Of a stretch of 64,000 nucleotides of DNA, positions 46,181-56,740 are shown in pieces; the first letter of the stretch is position 1, and every line of letters begins with the position of its first letter. The stretch is taken from positions 160,001 to 224,000 of the forward strand of contig JBHYGA010000004.1 in the NCBI GenBank assembly GCA_051859245.1. Direction: 5' to 3'. The DNA is from Gemmatimonadaceae bacterium (GTDB lineage: Bacteria > Gemmatimonadota > Gemmatimonadetes > Gemmatimonadales > Gemmatimonadaceae). The notes beneath the pieces are model-generated. The model had not been told where the DNA came from. It did not search any database and saw only the letters and a list, made by a program, of their open reading frames with translations. The position numbers and the translations under genes were made by a program.

Positions 46181-47542
46181 CTAGAACCGTTCGAAGAGTC
46201 GCCGGTCGACGCGCAGCGCATCACCAATGAATGCCCAGCGCACATTGCGAAAGTATCGCACCGCCGCCTGACGGATGTCTTCCGGCGTGACGGCCCGCAA
46301 GTCGTCCACAAAGTTGGCGGCCGCGCGGTAGTCGCCCTGATACAGTGAGGCCCGCGCAAGCAGGTCGGCCTGATCGGCGTTGGTTTCGTTGTCGAGGAAG
46401 TAGTTCACAATGAACTGCTGCACGAGCCGGTCGAGTCCTTCTTCGGAGATTGTGCCCTGCTGCAGCGCACGCATTTCGCGTTGCATGATGTTGAGCACGG
46501 CATCGGGTTGCGTGGTGGTTACGTACAGGCCGCCCACGGCGAACGCCCGCTCGCGGAATGGCGCATCGACCGCGTACGTGAGATTGTATTTCTCTCGCAC
46601 TTCTGAGAACAGTCGGCCAGAAAGCACGGCACACGCCAGGCGGAGCGCGGCGTAATCGGGAGACGTGGCCAGCGGGCCCACGAAGTACCCCTGCAGGTAG
46701 TTGGTCGGGAGCCGGCGATTGACGAAGCTCGCACCAGACACGCGCGCGGCTGGCGGCTCGGGTAATGCCCACGTATAGTCGCCCGCGGGAAGAGTGGACA
46801 GTGTGCTGCGCACAAGCCGTTCCACTCGTTCACGCGTCACATTCCCGACAATCACTACTCGCAACCGCGAACGCACGATTTGTTCGGCTTTGTATTGCGT
46901 GAGTTGCGCGCGCGTAATCGAGCTGATCGACGCTTCCGTTCCGACCGGCGAGAGCGCATACGGATGTCCGGCAAACGCGGACGAATCGGCGAGGTACTCA
47001 AGCAAGGCATCGGGGCTTTCGGTCCGCTGCTTTACGGCCGAGAGAATCTGCGAACGCACACGCTCAACCCCGGACGAATCGAGCCGCGGTGCAACGAGCC
47101 GGTCGGCCAGAATCGCCCATGACGAGTCAAAGTTGGCAACGGTGGACCGCAAACTGATCGTGCTCCAATCCACGCCGGGGCTCACACCGATGGCACTTCC
47201 AAGCCGCGCCATTTTCTGTCGTAGTTCTTCACGAGGATATCGTGCCGTGCCCTGTTCGGTTGCCTCCAGCAGCAGCAGCTCAATACCCTGTGTTTCAGGT
47301 GTGAGCTGCCGAACGCCACCGAGCAGATACACATTCGCGGCCACCACACTGTTCGCGGTAACGCGGCGGAGAATCACCGAGACGCCATCCACGTCAAAGC
47401 TTGTGGTCAGCGTGTCGGTGTTTGCCGATGCCGTCAGGCGAGCGGCAGCAGGACGCGGTGACACTGGTGGCGTAAACTGCGCGTGGACCGATAGTGGCAT
47501 GCAGAGGAACAGTGCACACACCGCACGACGCATTCTGGTCAT
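46181..47542 (-). CDS. M16 peptidase-like subunit, probably non-catalytic
   Basis: M16 fold motifs (HPY, SGRLFSEVREKYNLTY) but no HxxEH. ATGA overlap with its partner. Confidence 0.85.
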   Translation of the reverse strand: MTRMRRAVCALFLCMPLSVHAQFTPPVSPRPAAARLTASANTDTLTTSFDVDGVSVILRRVTANSVVAANVYLLGGVRQLTPETQGIELLLLEATEQGTARYPREELRQKMARLGSAIGVSPGVDWSTISLRSTVANFDSSWAILADRLVAPRLDSSGVERVRSQILSAVKQRTESPDALLEYLADSSAFAGHPYALSPVGTEASISSITRAQLTQYKAEQIVRSRLRVVIVGNVTRERVERLVRSTLSTLPAGDYTWALPEPPAARVSGASFVNRRLPTNYLQGYFVGPLATSPDYAALRLACAVLSGRLFSEVREKYNLTYAVDAPFRERAFAVGGLYVTTTQPDAVLNIMQREMRALQQGTISEEGLDRLVQQFIVNYFLDNETNADQADLLARASLYQGDYRAAANFVDDLRAVTPEDIRQAAVRYFRNVRWAFIGDALRVDRRLFERF

Positions 47543-48975
47543 GGCTGCGCTCCAGACCGCACGCCGGCTCGCAGTTCGTTCTCGGTGAGGTTGAGCGACT
47601 GACGCGCCGCGGGTGAGAGCAACACGCCTGTCAATCGCGGTTTTCCGACAATGTAGGTGTTCACGTATCGCTGCAGGTCCTTGGCCGTTTGCGCGGCCAT
47701 CGCATCGTTGTAGCGCAGGAAATAGTCGAGGCCTACCACACTCCACCAGAATCCGATGGTGTGCGCAATGCCACTGGCCTTTTCAATTCCAAACGCGCTC
47801 GACGTCACCCGTTGTGCTTTCACATTCTCCAACTCGGCCGTGGTCACGTAGCCTGCTTCACCAAAGCGTGCAATTTCTCGGTCAAGCGCCGCCATGGCAT
47901 CGCGCAGTTTTTCCGGTGACGTTTGCCCGCTGATCGTGATCGGACCCACATGGTTGAGCGTGTAGTAGTTCACGACAACGTCTTCCCACAAACCACTGTC
48001 AACGAGGCGCGTGCGAAACGCCGAGCCCGGTGTGTTGAGTGCGTCGCTGAATACGTCGGCGGCGAACGTAGCATCGGGGTCTTTGCTCGCACTCGGTCCC
48101 TGCCACTGCACCAACACGCTCACCGCGCTCACGGCGGCTTCGTGAATAGCGGCTTCGTTCTTTGTGAGTGCCGGAATCACGGGAATAGGCGCCTTCACAA
48201 ACGGATCAGCGCCGCGCGGCCAGTCGCCAAACACACGTTCGGCCAGCGCGAAGACGCGCGCGGGATCCACATCACCCGTCACAATGAGCGCGCAGTTGTT
48301 CGGCACGTAGTAGAGTGACTGAATGGTGCGCATCTGTTCCGGCGTCACATTGCGAAGCACCGAACGATCGCCCAGTGCGTCTTTGCGGCTGGCGTTTCCG
48401 GGATAGAGCAGTGCCGTCATGCGCTGATCAAGCGCGAAGAACGGACTGGATTCCGCGCGATCGTACTCGCCCAGCACCACTTCTTTTTCGCTCGCCAGGT
48501 CTTCTTCCCGAAACAGCGGATCACGCAGCGACGCGGCCAGAAAACGCAGACCGCCTTCGAGCGAATCCGCAGGGAGCGTGAGGTAATAGTTGACACGCTC
48601 TTCCTGCGTGGTGCCGTTGTAGATCGCGCCGAGCTCCGAGGCCCGTCGCGCAAACGCGTCTGGATTGGGATACGTGCGATTGGCCTTGAAGAACATGTGC
48701 TCGTACATGTGCGCCAGGCCGGCGTACTCGGGCGGCTGGGTAAACGCACCGTTCTTGACGTCGATTTCGAGCGTGGCAATCGGCACGCCGTGATTCTCCA
48801 CCACAATCACTTCGAGGCCATTTGCCAGCACGCGTCGCTGCACAATGCGCTCCAGCTCGGCCCGGGTTTGCGCCGTCAGAACAGCCGCAGGCAGCACGGT
48901 GAGCGCCAACGCAACGGCGAAAAGAAAACGAATCCGATCGAACTTTGACCGGAAGTAGCTACGAGACGCTGGCAT
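47539..48975 (-). CDS. M16 (pitrilysin) zinc peptidase, catalytic subunit
   Basis: LANGL, GLAHMYEHMFFK (HxxEH), EKEVVLGE, YYVPNN. Signal peptide. Confidence 0.92.
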   Translation of the reverse strand: MPASRSYFRSKFDRIRFLFAVALALTVLPAAVLTAQTRAELERIVQRRVLANGLEVIVVENHGVPIATLEIDVKNGAFTQPPEYAGLAHMYEHMFFKANRTYPNPDAFARRASELGAIYNGTTQEERVNYYLTLPADSLEGGLRFLAASLRDPLFREEDLASEKEVVLGEYDRAESSPFFALDQRMTALLYPGNASRKDALGDRSVLRNVTPEQMRTIQSLYYVPNNCALIVTGDVDPARVFALAERVFGDWPRGADPFVKAPIPVIPALTKNEAAIHEAAVSAVSVLVQWQGPSASKDPDATFAADVFSDALNTPGSAFRTRLVDSGLWEDVVVNYYTLNHVGPITISGQTSPEKLRDAMAALDREIARFGEAGYVTTAELENVKAQRVTSSAFGIEKASGIAHTIGFWWSVVGLDYFLRYNDAMAAQTAKDLQRYVNTYIVGKPRLTGVLLSPAARQSLNLTENELRAGVRSGAQP

Positions 48976-49004
48976 TGTGGCGAGGGAAGCAAGATGTTTC
49001 GGTC

Positions 49005-49967
49005 ATGACGGATTCCATCATGACGACCAACTCGGCGAGCGCAATTGAGACGCTCGCGCAACGACTGGACCCCGAACAGCTGCATCGCGCGGAGCCGTTG
49101 GCTCCGTACACTACGTTCAAGATCGGAGGTCCAGCCGACCTGCTGTACAATGCCACGTCGGCCGATGCCCTCGCTACCGCCGTGAGCGCAGCGCGCGAGC
49201 TGGGCGTGCCGTGGTTTGTGCTCGGTCTGGGGGCGAACATCCTGGTGGGCGACAAAGGGTTTCGCGGGCTGGTGATCCGTAATCGTGCGATCGCGCACGC
49301 CATTGCGCCGGACGGCAGACTGGTGGCCGAAAGTGGCGCTGTGGTTCGGGATCTCGTGCTCGACAGCGTGCAGCAGGGATGGTCCGGGCTGGAGCACTAC
49401 GTGGGTATTCCGAGTACTGTAGGAGGCGCGCTCTGGCAGAATCTCCACTTTCTGTCGCCAGCACCCGAGCGCGAGCGCACCATGTTCATCGCTGAGGTGT
49501 TCGAGTCGTGCGACATTCTCAGCGAAGAAGGTGAACGACGCACCGTTGATGCAGACTACGTGAAGTTTGGCTACGACGACACGGTGTTTCACCACCGTCG
49601 TGACGTCATTTTGTCAGCCACCTTTCAACTGCAGCGTGGGGATTCTGTCGCGCTGCATCGCATTCTGCAGGAGAATCTGTCATGGCGGGGGGCGCGTCAT
49701 CCGTGGCTGGAGATTCACCCGAGTGCGGGATCGATCTTCAAGAAGATCGCGGATGTTGGAGCGGGCCGACTCGTGGATCAGTGCGGACTCAAAGGGTTTC
49801 GCGTTGGCGACGCGGCCATTTCGCACATGCATGCGAACATCATGGTGAATCTTGGACATGCAACCGCGGCTGATGTGCGTGCCCTGATCGCGCACGCACA
49901 GCAGGCAGTGCTCGAGCGATTCGGACATGCGCTCGAGCCAGAGATTGCGTTTGTGGGCGAGTTTTAA
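49005..49967 (+). CDS. murB: UDP-N-acetylenolpyruvoylglucosamine reductase
   Basis: TTFKIGGPA, LGLGANILV.D, GIPSTVGGA, SAGSIFK, HANI, LEPE. Confidence 0.9.
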   Translation: MTDSIMTTNSASAIETLAQRLDPEQLHRAEPLAPYTTFKIGGPADLLYNATSADALATAVSAARELGVPWFVLGLGANILVGDKGFRGLVIRNRAIAHAIAPDGRLVAESGAVVRDLVLDSVQQGWSGLEHYVGIPSTVGGALWQNLHFLSPAPERERTMFIAEVFESCDILSEEGERRTVDADYVKFGYDDTVFHHRRDVILSATFQLQRGDSVALHRILQENLSWRGARHPWLEIHPSAGSIFKKIADVGAGRLVDQCGLKGFRVGDAAISHMHANIMVNLGHATAADVRALIAHAQQAVLERFGHALEPEIAFVGEF

Positions 49968-49987
49968 CGCTCGAGTTTATCGTGGCG

Positions 49988-52315
49988 TTACAGCTGCTGA
50001 CTCAGTGTTACCAGCCAGCGCCACTTCTCGCCTCGCTCCAGCGGCTGTGCTCCACCCACGAACATCGAGCCGGAGAAGAATCGTAGCCCCGCGCTCACGC
50101 TGGAGCGCCAACGATCGGACGCAACCGACACCGGAACGAGCGTTCCCGCCGAGTCGGCCACGGCGCCAAGCCGGGCCACACTTGCGCGTGCCGCCGCGGA
50201 AGGCGCACCCGTCCAGCCACTCTGTGCGCCAACACTGAAGCCAGGTGCCAGTGCCGGAAGAAAGAGACCGCGTCCGATAACAATTGGCTGCCGTAACCAC
50301 GGACCGGTGTAGAGCAGCAACGCGCGCACCGCACTCGACTGCGTGCCTGCAAACGCTTTGTACTCGTACCCTGGCAGTCCCTGGCTTCGCCCAAGTTCAA
50401 AGAGCTGCTGTGTTGGCAGCGACGCACCGAGCACAACACCGGCGTCGGCACGCGCAACCGCAGTGAACGGACCGATCAGACGACGTGTGGTAAGCCGCGC
50501 TTCAAGACGTGTGTAGTCGAGATCGCCAATACCGTTTTCGGCGTACACACGCGCACTCCAGCCGGGACGCATGAACTCGGCGCTGCCATCCGGTCGCCAG
50601 GCGAGTGTAAACGCGTTGCGCCAGTACGTGCCTTCATCAACAGCGCGATTTTCACGAAAATCCACGCGTCCCCACGGCGCCACGGTAAACGCGGCCGGAG
50701 CATTCGCATCACGCGCGATACCCGTTTCCATGCGCCACTGCCACGCACGGGCGCCGATGGTGCGCACCACCTGTGCTCCGGCGAATGTGCGATCTACATA
50801 GTCGTACTCGTCTTGTGCGGCGAGCGCGGCGAGACTGCTTCCGGAATCGAGTGGATTGCGAAAATCATTGGTGATGTCGAGTGAGCGTCCTGCACGCAGC
50901 ATCACACGCCACGGCCCACGATCTTGCAGCGCTTCCACACGACCGCGCACCGTTCCTTCACTCCACGCATACCCGGCAGAGGCGCGTAACACGGTGCCCG
51001 GCATAAGATCACGCAACGCCAGCCGCGCTCCAAATCCGGTGAATGCTCCTTCAACACGATTGAAGCGGAACAAGTCACTGCCCTGCGGCACACCCCAATC
51101 AAATCGCGGCGCTCCTGTGGGACGCCACCGATCCGGACCGAACGCGTCAAAGTCATCCGCGTGCAATCCTTCAGACATGCCGCCGAGCGTGGACTGCCAG
51201 CGGGCAAATGCGGAGAGCGAATCGGGTGGTGCATACGTGAGACGGCGACGTACGCGCGGTGGTTCCGAATCGGCAGATGCGATTAACCGTGCGGAATCAA
51301 GCACCGTGTCATTGACCGCCATGTCGCGAAAGCGGGATACGACTCGAACAACGGCGCGGCCGTCCGTTGCCATGGGCGCTGCCGCCTGCAGTTCAATGCG
51401 CTGCACTGTTGGCAACCAATACGATTGATCCCGCTCGGCATTTTCGTAGTCAATGAACGCCACCGCATCAACAAGCGAACCGGTGAGTCGCGCGATCGGC
51501 CCGCCTGGTTGCGGCCAGCTCCCCACACGAACAAACGCACCGCGCATACGCACGAGCGTGCCGCGAGACGCATCGAGATCCAGCTCGCCGCGAAAAAGCG
51601 TCGCGCGTTCTGAGACATCGGCGCGCGGTTCGACCGCTACGCGAACAATTGGAATACGTCGCTCGCCCACTTGCAGCGTGACGAGCGTATCACCGCCGCT
51701 GTACCGATACCACGTGTCGCGATCGGTGGCGAGCGGATGCACGATCGCCGCGGTATCGGACGGATCATTCGCTCTTTCACCGCGGCGCGTGGTGCGCGGT
51801 GTGGTGCTTGAATCGCTCGCGGCGGTGTTCTGTCTCGCGCGGAGGCGATTGCCGTACAACGTAGGATTGAGCCAACCAGTCCGGAAAAGGCTGAGCATCG
51901 AAATGCCCAAACCCGTTTGCTGCGCACGATGTCCCTGCACACGTTGTTCGTACAGGCCAATGCGGCCCCATCGCAACGTACTGGCAATCTGCTCCACGCT
52001 GCCAACAATCTCTGTACCGTCAGCGCGGCGAATGATCAGTGCGATCTCGGTTTCGACATTCGCAGAGTACGACTCCAGCGATGCCGGTGTACGGTTGCGA
52101 AGTGCGGCGTTGTCAACAAGTGTGCGAAGCGCAGGACGCTCGTACATGGATGAGTCTGCCAGCGCAGACGGTGGTGTTTGAGCCTGCGCCGCGTGCGGGA
52201 ACATTGCGAGCACGCACAATGCAGCGGCCGTCGCCGCGTGTAACACGCGCGATTGAGTGAGCAGAGCTGAAACCAAGAGAAAGCAACCGGTTAGGAGGTG
52301 GGCGCCCGTCAACAA
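49988..52315 (-). CDS. large hypothetical outer-membrane protein
   Basis: AQA|Q signal, soluble N-domain, then RFNRVEG and a barrel-like C-half with QLFELG...LPGY..KAFAG. Start uncertain. Confidence 0.65.
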   Translation of the reverse strand: MLTGAHLLTGCFLLVSALLTQSRVLHAATAAALCVLAMFPHAAQAQTPPSALADSSMYERPALRTLVDNAALRNRTPASLESYSANVETEIALIIRRADGTEIVGSVEQIASTLRWGRIGLYEQRVQGHRAQQTGLGISMLSLFRTGWLNPTLYGNRLRARQNTAASDSSTTPRTTRRGERANDPSDTAAIVHPLATDRDTWYRYSGGDTLVTLQVGERRIPIVRVAVEPRADVSERATLFRGELDLDASRGTLVRMRGAFVRVGSWPQPGGPIARLTGSLVDAVAFIDYENAERDQSYWLPTVQRIELQAAAPMATDGRAVVRVVSRFRDMAVNDTVLDSARLIASADSEPPRVRRRLTYAPPDSLSAFARWQSTLGGMSEGLHADDFDAFGPDRWRPTGAPRFDWGVPQGSDLFRFNRVEGAFTGFGARLALRDLMPGTVLRASAGYAWSEGTVRGRVEALQDRGPWRVMLRAGRSLDITNDFRNPLDSGSSLAALAAQDEYDYVDRTFAGAQVVRTIGARAWQWRMETGIARDANAPAAFTVAPWGRVDFRENRAVDEGTYWRNAFTLAWRPDGSAEFMRPGWSARVYAENGIGDLDYTRLEARLTTRRLIGPFTAVARADAGVVLGASLPTQQLFELGRSQGLPGYEYKAFAGTQSSAVRALLLYTGPWLRQPIVIGRGLFLPALAPGFSVGAQSGWTGAPSAAARASVARLGAVADSAGTLVPVSVASDRWRSSVSAGLRFFSGSMFVGGAQPLERGEKWRWLVTLSQQL

Positions 52316-52365
52316 GACGTACGCGCCACGTGCAAGGGAGTTTCCCTACCGCACCCCGTCAGACG

Positions 52366-54312
52366 TCACAGAGCGCCGAGCGAGTCTGCTATCTCTGACG
52401 CTTCCGTCCAACGGGCTTCGGCCTTGGCCAGAGCGGCCCGCGCCGCCGCCAGTTCGGCACCTAACTTTTTCGCCCTTAATGCGGAGTCGGACGATCCGTC
52501 ATACAGCGCCGGTTCTTCCAGTGCCGCCGCCAGTCGACCCACCGTGGCCTCGGCCGCGATCACCGCGCGTTCGGCGTCTTCCACAGCCTTCGCCGCGTCG
52601 CGCTGCGCCCGTCGATCCTCTCGAGATTTTTCTTTTCGCACATCGTGCGAGGATGGTGGCGCAGCAGCGGCCTTCCCGAGACGAACCTGTCGCGCGGCAC
52701 CGGCTTCGTCCGCTCGGCGCTGCGCCGCCAACTCTTCCCACTCGGTAAACGGACCCGCAAAATCGTGTAGCTCGCCGTCGCGAATTTCCCAGACGCGTGT
52801 GGCAAGGCCACGCAGCACGGCGCGATCATGTGATACAATCAGCACGGTGCCATCGTACCCATCAATCGCGTCTTCAATTGCCTCGATACTTTCGACATCC
52901 AGGTGATTGGTGGGTTCGTCGAGCACGAGCAGATTCGCGCGTGACAGTGTGAGCAGCGCGAGCGCAACACGCGCCCGTTCGCCGCCCGACAGTGATCCGA
53001 TTACACGCTGCGATTCTTCGCCGCCAAACCCAAAGCGTCCAAGATGACCATGCACCTCGCGACGCTCCCAGAAGGGACGCAGCGACGTGATCGCATCGTG
53101 AATCGTGGAATCGAGCGCGAGATGTCCGAGGTCCTGCCGGTAGTACGCAACCGTCGTTGACAATCCGATTTTGCACGTACCACCGTCGGGCTCGCGTTCA
53201 CCGAGCACTGTTTTGATGAAGGTGCTCTTGCCGGCGCCGTTTGGTCCGACGAGGGCGATCACTTCTGTTCGCGGCATCACCAACGTGACGTCCTTGAGCA
53301 GCGTGCGATCCTGAACACGCAGCGTCAACTTGCTCGTTTCGAGCACGCGATCGCCGCTGCGATCGCCAGCTTCCAGACGTAATGCCATCACGGCCTCACC
53401 ACCAATGGGCGATGACAGTCGCGGCATGCGTTCGAGCCGCTTTCTACGGCCTTTTGCCTGCGAACTGTTCTGGCCGGCGAGATTGCGTGCGATGTACTCC
53501 TGCTCGGCGGCAATCTTCTTGCGCTGCTGATCGAACTGACGCGCCTGTGTGAGTCGGCGCTCTTCGCGTTGCTGGACGAACGCCTTGTACCCGCCCACAT
53601 ACGTGAAGCCGGTGCCGCCCTCGAGATGCAGTACGTGATCGGCCACGTTTTCAAGGAATGCGCGATCATGACTGACCAACAGCAGCGTGCGATCACTTTC
53701 ACGCAGGTACTGCTCCAACCAGCGTGTGGTATCGAGATCGAGATGATTGGTTGGTTCGTCGAGCACGAGCAGATCCGCGGGTTGCACGATCTGGCGAGCC
53801 AGGGCAACGCGACCTCGCTCACCACCGCTGAGTACGGCGGTCAGCGTTGTGCGCGCCCAGTCAGGGTCGAAGCCAAGGCCTTGCAGCACCTGATCCACGC
53901 GGGTTGCCATCTGATAGCCACCCTCGTGTTCAAAGCGTTCGAGATCGTGACCGTAGGCCGTAAGAAACTCCTCGCTGTGATCCGTCTCCATACGGATCAC
54001 CTGCTCCGCGAGCGAGCGCTCGAGCGCCCGAAGCTCCACGAAGGAGTCCGCCACGGTGTCCCAGACCGAAGCCTTCGGATCGAAGCTACGGTGTTGTTCG
54101 AGCATGGCGATACGCATGCCGGGGCGACGCGCCACTGAACCCGTGGTGGGCGCCAGTTCGCCAATAAGCACCTTGATCAGCGTGGTCTTGCCAGCTCCGT
54201 TGCGCCCAATCAGCGCCCAACGATCGCGATCACCAATCGTGACGCTCACGTCACGGAAAATTTCTGTGGCTCCGAACGATACGGAGGCGTTCCCAATACT
54301 GAGCAGCGTCAT
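52366..54312 (-). CDS. ABC-F family ATP-binding protein
   Basis: Two ABC cassettes (GRNGAGKT and GPNGAGKS, LSGGE, LDEPTNHLD), linker, C-terminal coiled-coil. Confidence 0.95.
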   Translation of the reverse strand: MTLLSIGNASVSFGATEIFRDVSVTIGDRDRWALIGRNGAGKTTLIKVLIGELAPTTGSVARRPGMRIAMLEQHRSFDPKASVWDTVADSFVELRALERSLAEQVIRMETDHSEEFLTAYGHDLERFEHEGGYQMATRVDQVLQGLGFDPDWARTTLTAVLSGGERGRVALARQIVQPADLLVLDEPTNHLDLDTTRWLEQYLRESDRTLLLVSHDRAFLENVADHVLHLEGGTGFTYVGGYKAFVQQREERRLTQARQFDQQRKKIAAEQEYIARNLAGQNSSQAKGRRKRLERMPRLSSPIGGEAVMALRLEAGDRSGDRVLETSKLTLRVQDRTLLKDVTLVMPRTEVIALVGPNGAGKSTFIKTVLGEREPDGGTCKIGLSTTVAYYRQDLGHLALDSTIHDAITSLRPFWERREVHGHLGRFGFGGEESQRVIGSLSGGERARVALALLTLSRANLLVLDEPTNHLDVESIEAIEDAIDGYDGTVLIVSHDRAVLRGLATRVWEIRDGELHDFAGPFTEWEELAAQRRADEAGAARQVRLGKAAAAPPSSHDVRKEKSREDRRAQRDAAKAVEDAERAVIAAEATVGRLAAALEEPALYDGSSDSALRAKKLGAELAAARAALAKAEARWTEASEIADSLGAL

Positions 54313-54321
54313 ATCAACTAA

Positions 54322-55737
54322 TCAAATGGGTAGAGCAACGTTGTGCGCGGGGGAGAGAGCCGATTGGCCCCCGTCAACGTCCTGCGAGGGCGCATCCGCC
54401 GCCCGCGCTGCCTTCGCTAGCCGGTCACTCAGATCAGGCAGTTCGGTACGCAGCTGCGCAACGAGCCTTCGGTCGTTCCACCAGTCCAGCGTATTCATGG
54501 CCGCATCGCCGAGCCGTGGCGCGCACACGAGCACAGCAATTCCGGCCAGCGTTGCGAGCACCGCGTCAAAACCCAGCCACCATGCGAACGAACTCACGCT
54601 CATGGCGAGCGCCGCATACCACGCCACCATCATGTACAAGCCGGGCACAATGCAGCGAGGAATAACATCCGCGGCGGTGGCTGCTGCGCGTTGCGCCTTC
54701 GCGGAAATCACGCGCCACACCCACCAGTGAATTGCACCACCCAGCAGGCCGAGGGGAAGGCGCCACCACACGGCGGCCTTCGTGCTCCAGTTGCTGCGCG
54801 CGTGCGTCGCACTCCATGCGATCAACGCGCGATCCCCGGTGGTGCCAGGCATCGCGCGTTCGATGTCGCGCCACAGTTCAATCGAAGGTTGCACACGAGT
54901 GTTCTCGTGCACTGGCTCGGCAATGCCCGGACCGTATGTTTGCGCGGCAATGTTGCACCAGACGTGCGTAGCCACGTGCATCGCGAGGTCACCCCGCGGC
55001 GTGCTCGCCGCCACTACCGCCGCGACGGCGCGCATCGCCGCTGCCGTGTGCTCGTCTGGCGCGTTCCGTGTGATGGCCCGCAACTGCGACGCGATGTGGG
55101 CCGTGAGTTGAGGCGCCGCCGCTCTGTCTTCAGGGGCTTGCCACTTGTCCATCTCGATCGATTCACCAAACTCAACGAGCACACGCGTACGTTTTTCATA
55201 ACGCGATTCGTACGTGATGCCAACGGGTATGATTCGTACGTTGCGCAGGGCCGCGTGGTCGCGCGCTTCGAGCGCCATGCGGGCAAGTCCGTTGCGCAAG
55301 GCGCCGAGATGCGACGTTGTGTTCACGCCGCCTTCAGGAAACACGCACACACAACCGTTGGCGGCAAGCACATCGCGTACACGCGTGAATGCCAGCGCAT
55401 TTGCCTGCGCACTGTCTTCGCCACGCGCTTTCGCTTTGCGCGCGTCGCGCACGCGGTGCACCGGAATCACACCCATTTGCTCGTACGCCCACGCCACGAT
55501 GGGCTGTTCCGCCGCCGATACATTCGCCACAAAATTCACGCGACGCGGTACGTGTGCGAGCACCACACAGATATCCGCGAGATCGTTTGGATGATTGACC
55601 GCGAGCAACAACGGCCCCGTCGCGGGCAGGCTGCCCACCACGTGTACCTCTCGGTAACACCAACGCAGCGCGTGTCGCGAACTGAGCGCGAGCAGTGCAT
55701 AGAGCATGATCTGTAAAGAAAGCGGGACGAGTCGCAC
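54322..55737 (-). CDS. PlsC-family acyltransferase with C-terminal membrane domain
   Basis: NHPNDLAD (HxxxxD) and FPEG motifs. Confidence 0.8.
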   Translation of the reverse strand: MRLVPLSLQIMLYALLALSSRHALRWCYREVHVVGSLPATGPLLLAVNHPNDLADICVVLAHVPRRVNFVANVSAAEQPIVAWAYEQMGVIPVHRVRDARKAKARGEDSAQANALAFTRVRDVLAANGCVCVFPEGGVNTTSHLGALRNGLARMALEARDHAALRNVRIIPVGITYESRYEKRTRVLVEFGESIEMDKWQAPEDRAAAPQLTAHIASQLRAITRNAPDEHTAAAMRAVAAVVAASTPRGDLAMHVATHVWCNIAAQTYGPGIAEPVHENTRVQPSIELWRDIERAMPGTTGDRALIAWSATHARSNWSTKAAVWWRLPLGLLGGAIHWWVWRVISAKAQRAAATAADVIPRCIVPGLYMMVAWYAALAMSVSSFAWWLGFDAVLATLAGIAVLVCAPRLGDAAMNTLDWWNDRRLVAQLRTELPDLSDRLAKAARAADAPSQDVDGGQSALSPAHNVALPI

Positions 55738-55829
55738 GGTGGAATGGCTCCGCGTCTGGCGCCGCCCACCGCGCTTGCTGCACTTTACCCCGTCTCCCCG
55801 GTCTCACAGCTCACTCGCGGATCGCTTCC

Positions 55830-56426
55830 ATGCTCAAGAAGATTCTGCTCGGTCTGGTTCTGCTGCTGGCGGTGCTGGTCGGCGTCGCCTACCTCCTTCC
55901 GCGCAACATCACGGTCACGCGTACGGCGCAACTTGCCTCGTCGCCCGACGTCATCTTCCCGCTGCTCGAAACGCCTGCCGAGTGGCCGCAGTGGTCGCCC
56001 TGGAACAAGCGTGATCCGAACATGAAAATCACGTATTCCGGTCCGCCGAACGGTCAGGGCGCCAAGTGGGCCTGGACAAGCGAGTCGGAAGGCGACGGCG
56101 AAATGGTCATCACCGAATCCGTCCCCTCGGTGTTCGTGAACTTTGAGCTGACCATTGTGGGCATGGGCCCGCCTTCGCGCGGCGGCTTCCGGCTCGCACC
56201 GAACGCCAGTGGCACGGTCGTGGAGTGGAGCATGACCGCCGACATGGGCAACTCACCCATTGGCCGCTGGATCGGACTGATGATGCCGAAGTGGCTCGCC
56301 AAAGACTTTGACGATGGACTCGCGGCGCTCGACGCGTACGCCAAAACGCGTCCGCCGAGCGAGCATATCATGGGCTTCGAAATTCCTGGAGCGGCGCTTG
56401 TGGCGCCCGATAGCTCGCCGCCGTAA
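55830..56426 (+). CDS. SRPBCC (START/polyketide cyclase) family protein
   Basis: N-terminal TM. WSPW..DP, G.GA..W, DFDDGLAAL. Confidence 0.88.
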   Translation: MLKKILLGLVLLLAVLVGVAYLLPRNITVTRTAQLASSPDVIFPLLETPAEWPQWSPWNKRDPNMKITYSGPPNGQGAKWAWTSESEGDGEMVITESVPSVFVNFELTIVGMGPPSRGGFRLAPNASGTVVEWSMTADMGNSPIGRWIGLMMPKWLAKDFDDGLAALDAYAKTRPPSEHIMGFEIPGAALVAPDSSPP

Positions 56427-56458
56427 GTGCTACTGCCGCGATGCGCCGTCGGTGTTGG

Positions 56459-56740
56459 TTACCACTGCGCGTCGCCACGATCAACAGCGCGCTTGAGTCC
56501 CCACACCACGCTGCCGAGCACACCGAGATCGCCGATCAGCAGTCCCGAGTACAGCCAGCCGCGCCCCAGATCTTCGTTCGACACGTGCGCGGACATCGCC
56601 ATCATGGGGATCGCGATCAGCAGCGAAACGACAATACCAGCCGCCATTCGCACGTTGTCGCGTTTGCGCTCGCGAGACATCCATTGCAACTCGGTTTCGA
56701 GCTGCACGCGACGCTTCTCGTGCTCGGCATCCCGACTCAC
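56459..56740 (-). CDS. small 2-TM hypothetical protein
   Basis: GTGA overlap with the upstream stop, two hydrophobic helices. Confidence 0.55.
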   Translation of the reverse strand: MSRDAEHEKRRVQLETELQWMSRERKRDNVRMAAGIVVSLLIAIPMMAMSAHVSNEDLGRGWLYSGLLIGDLGVLGSVVWGLKRAVDRGDAQW

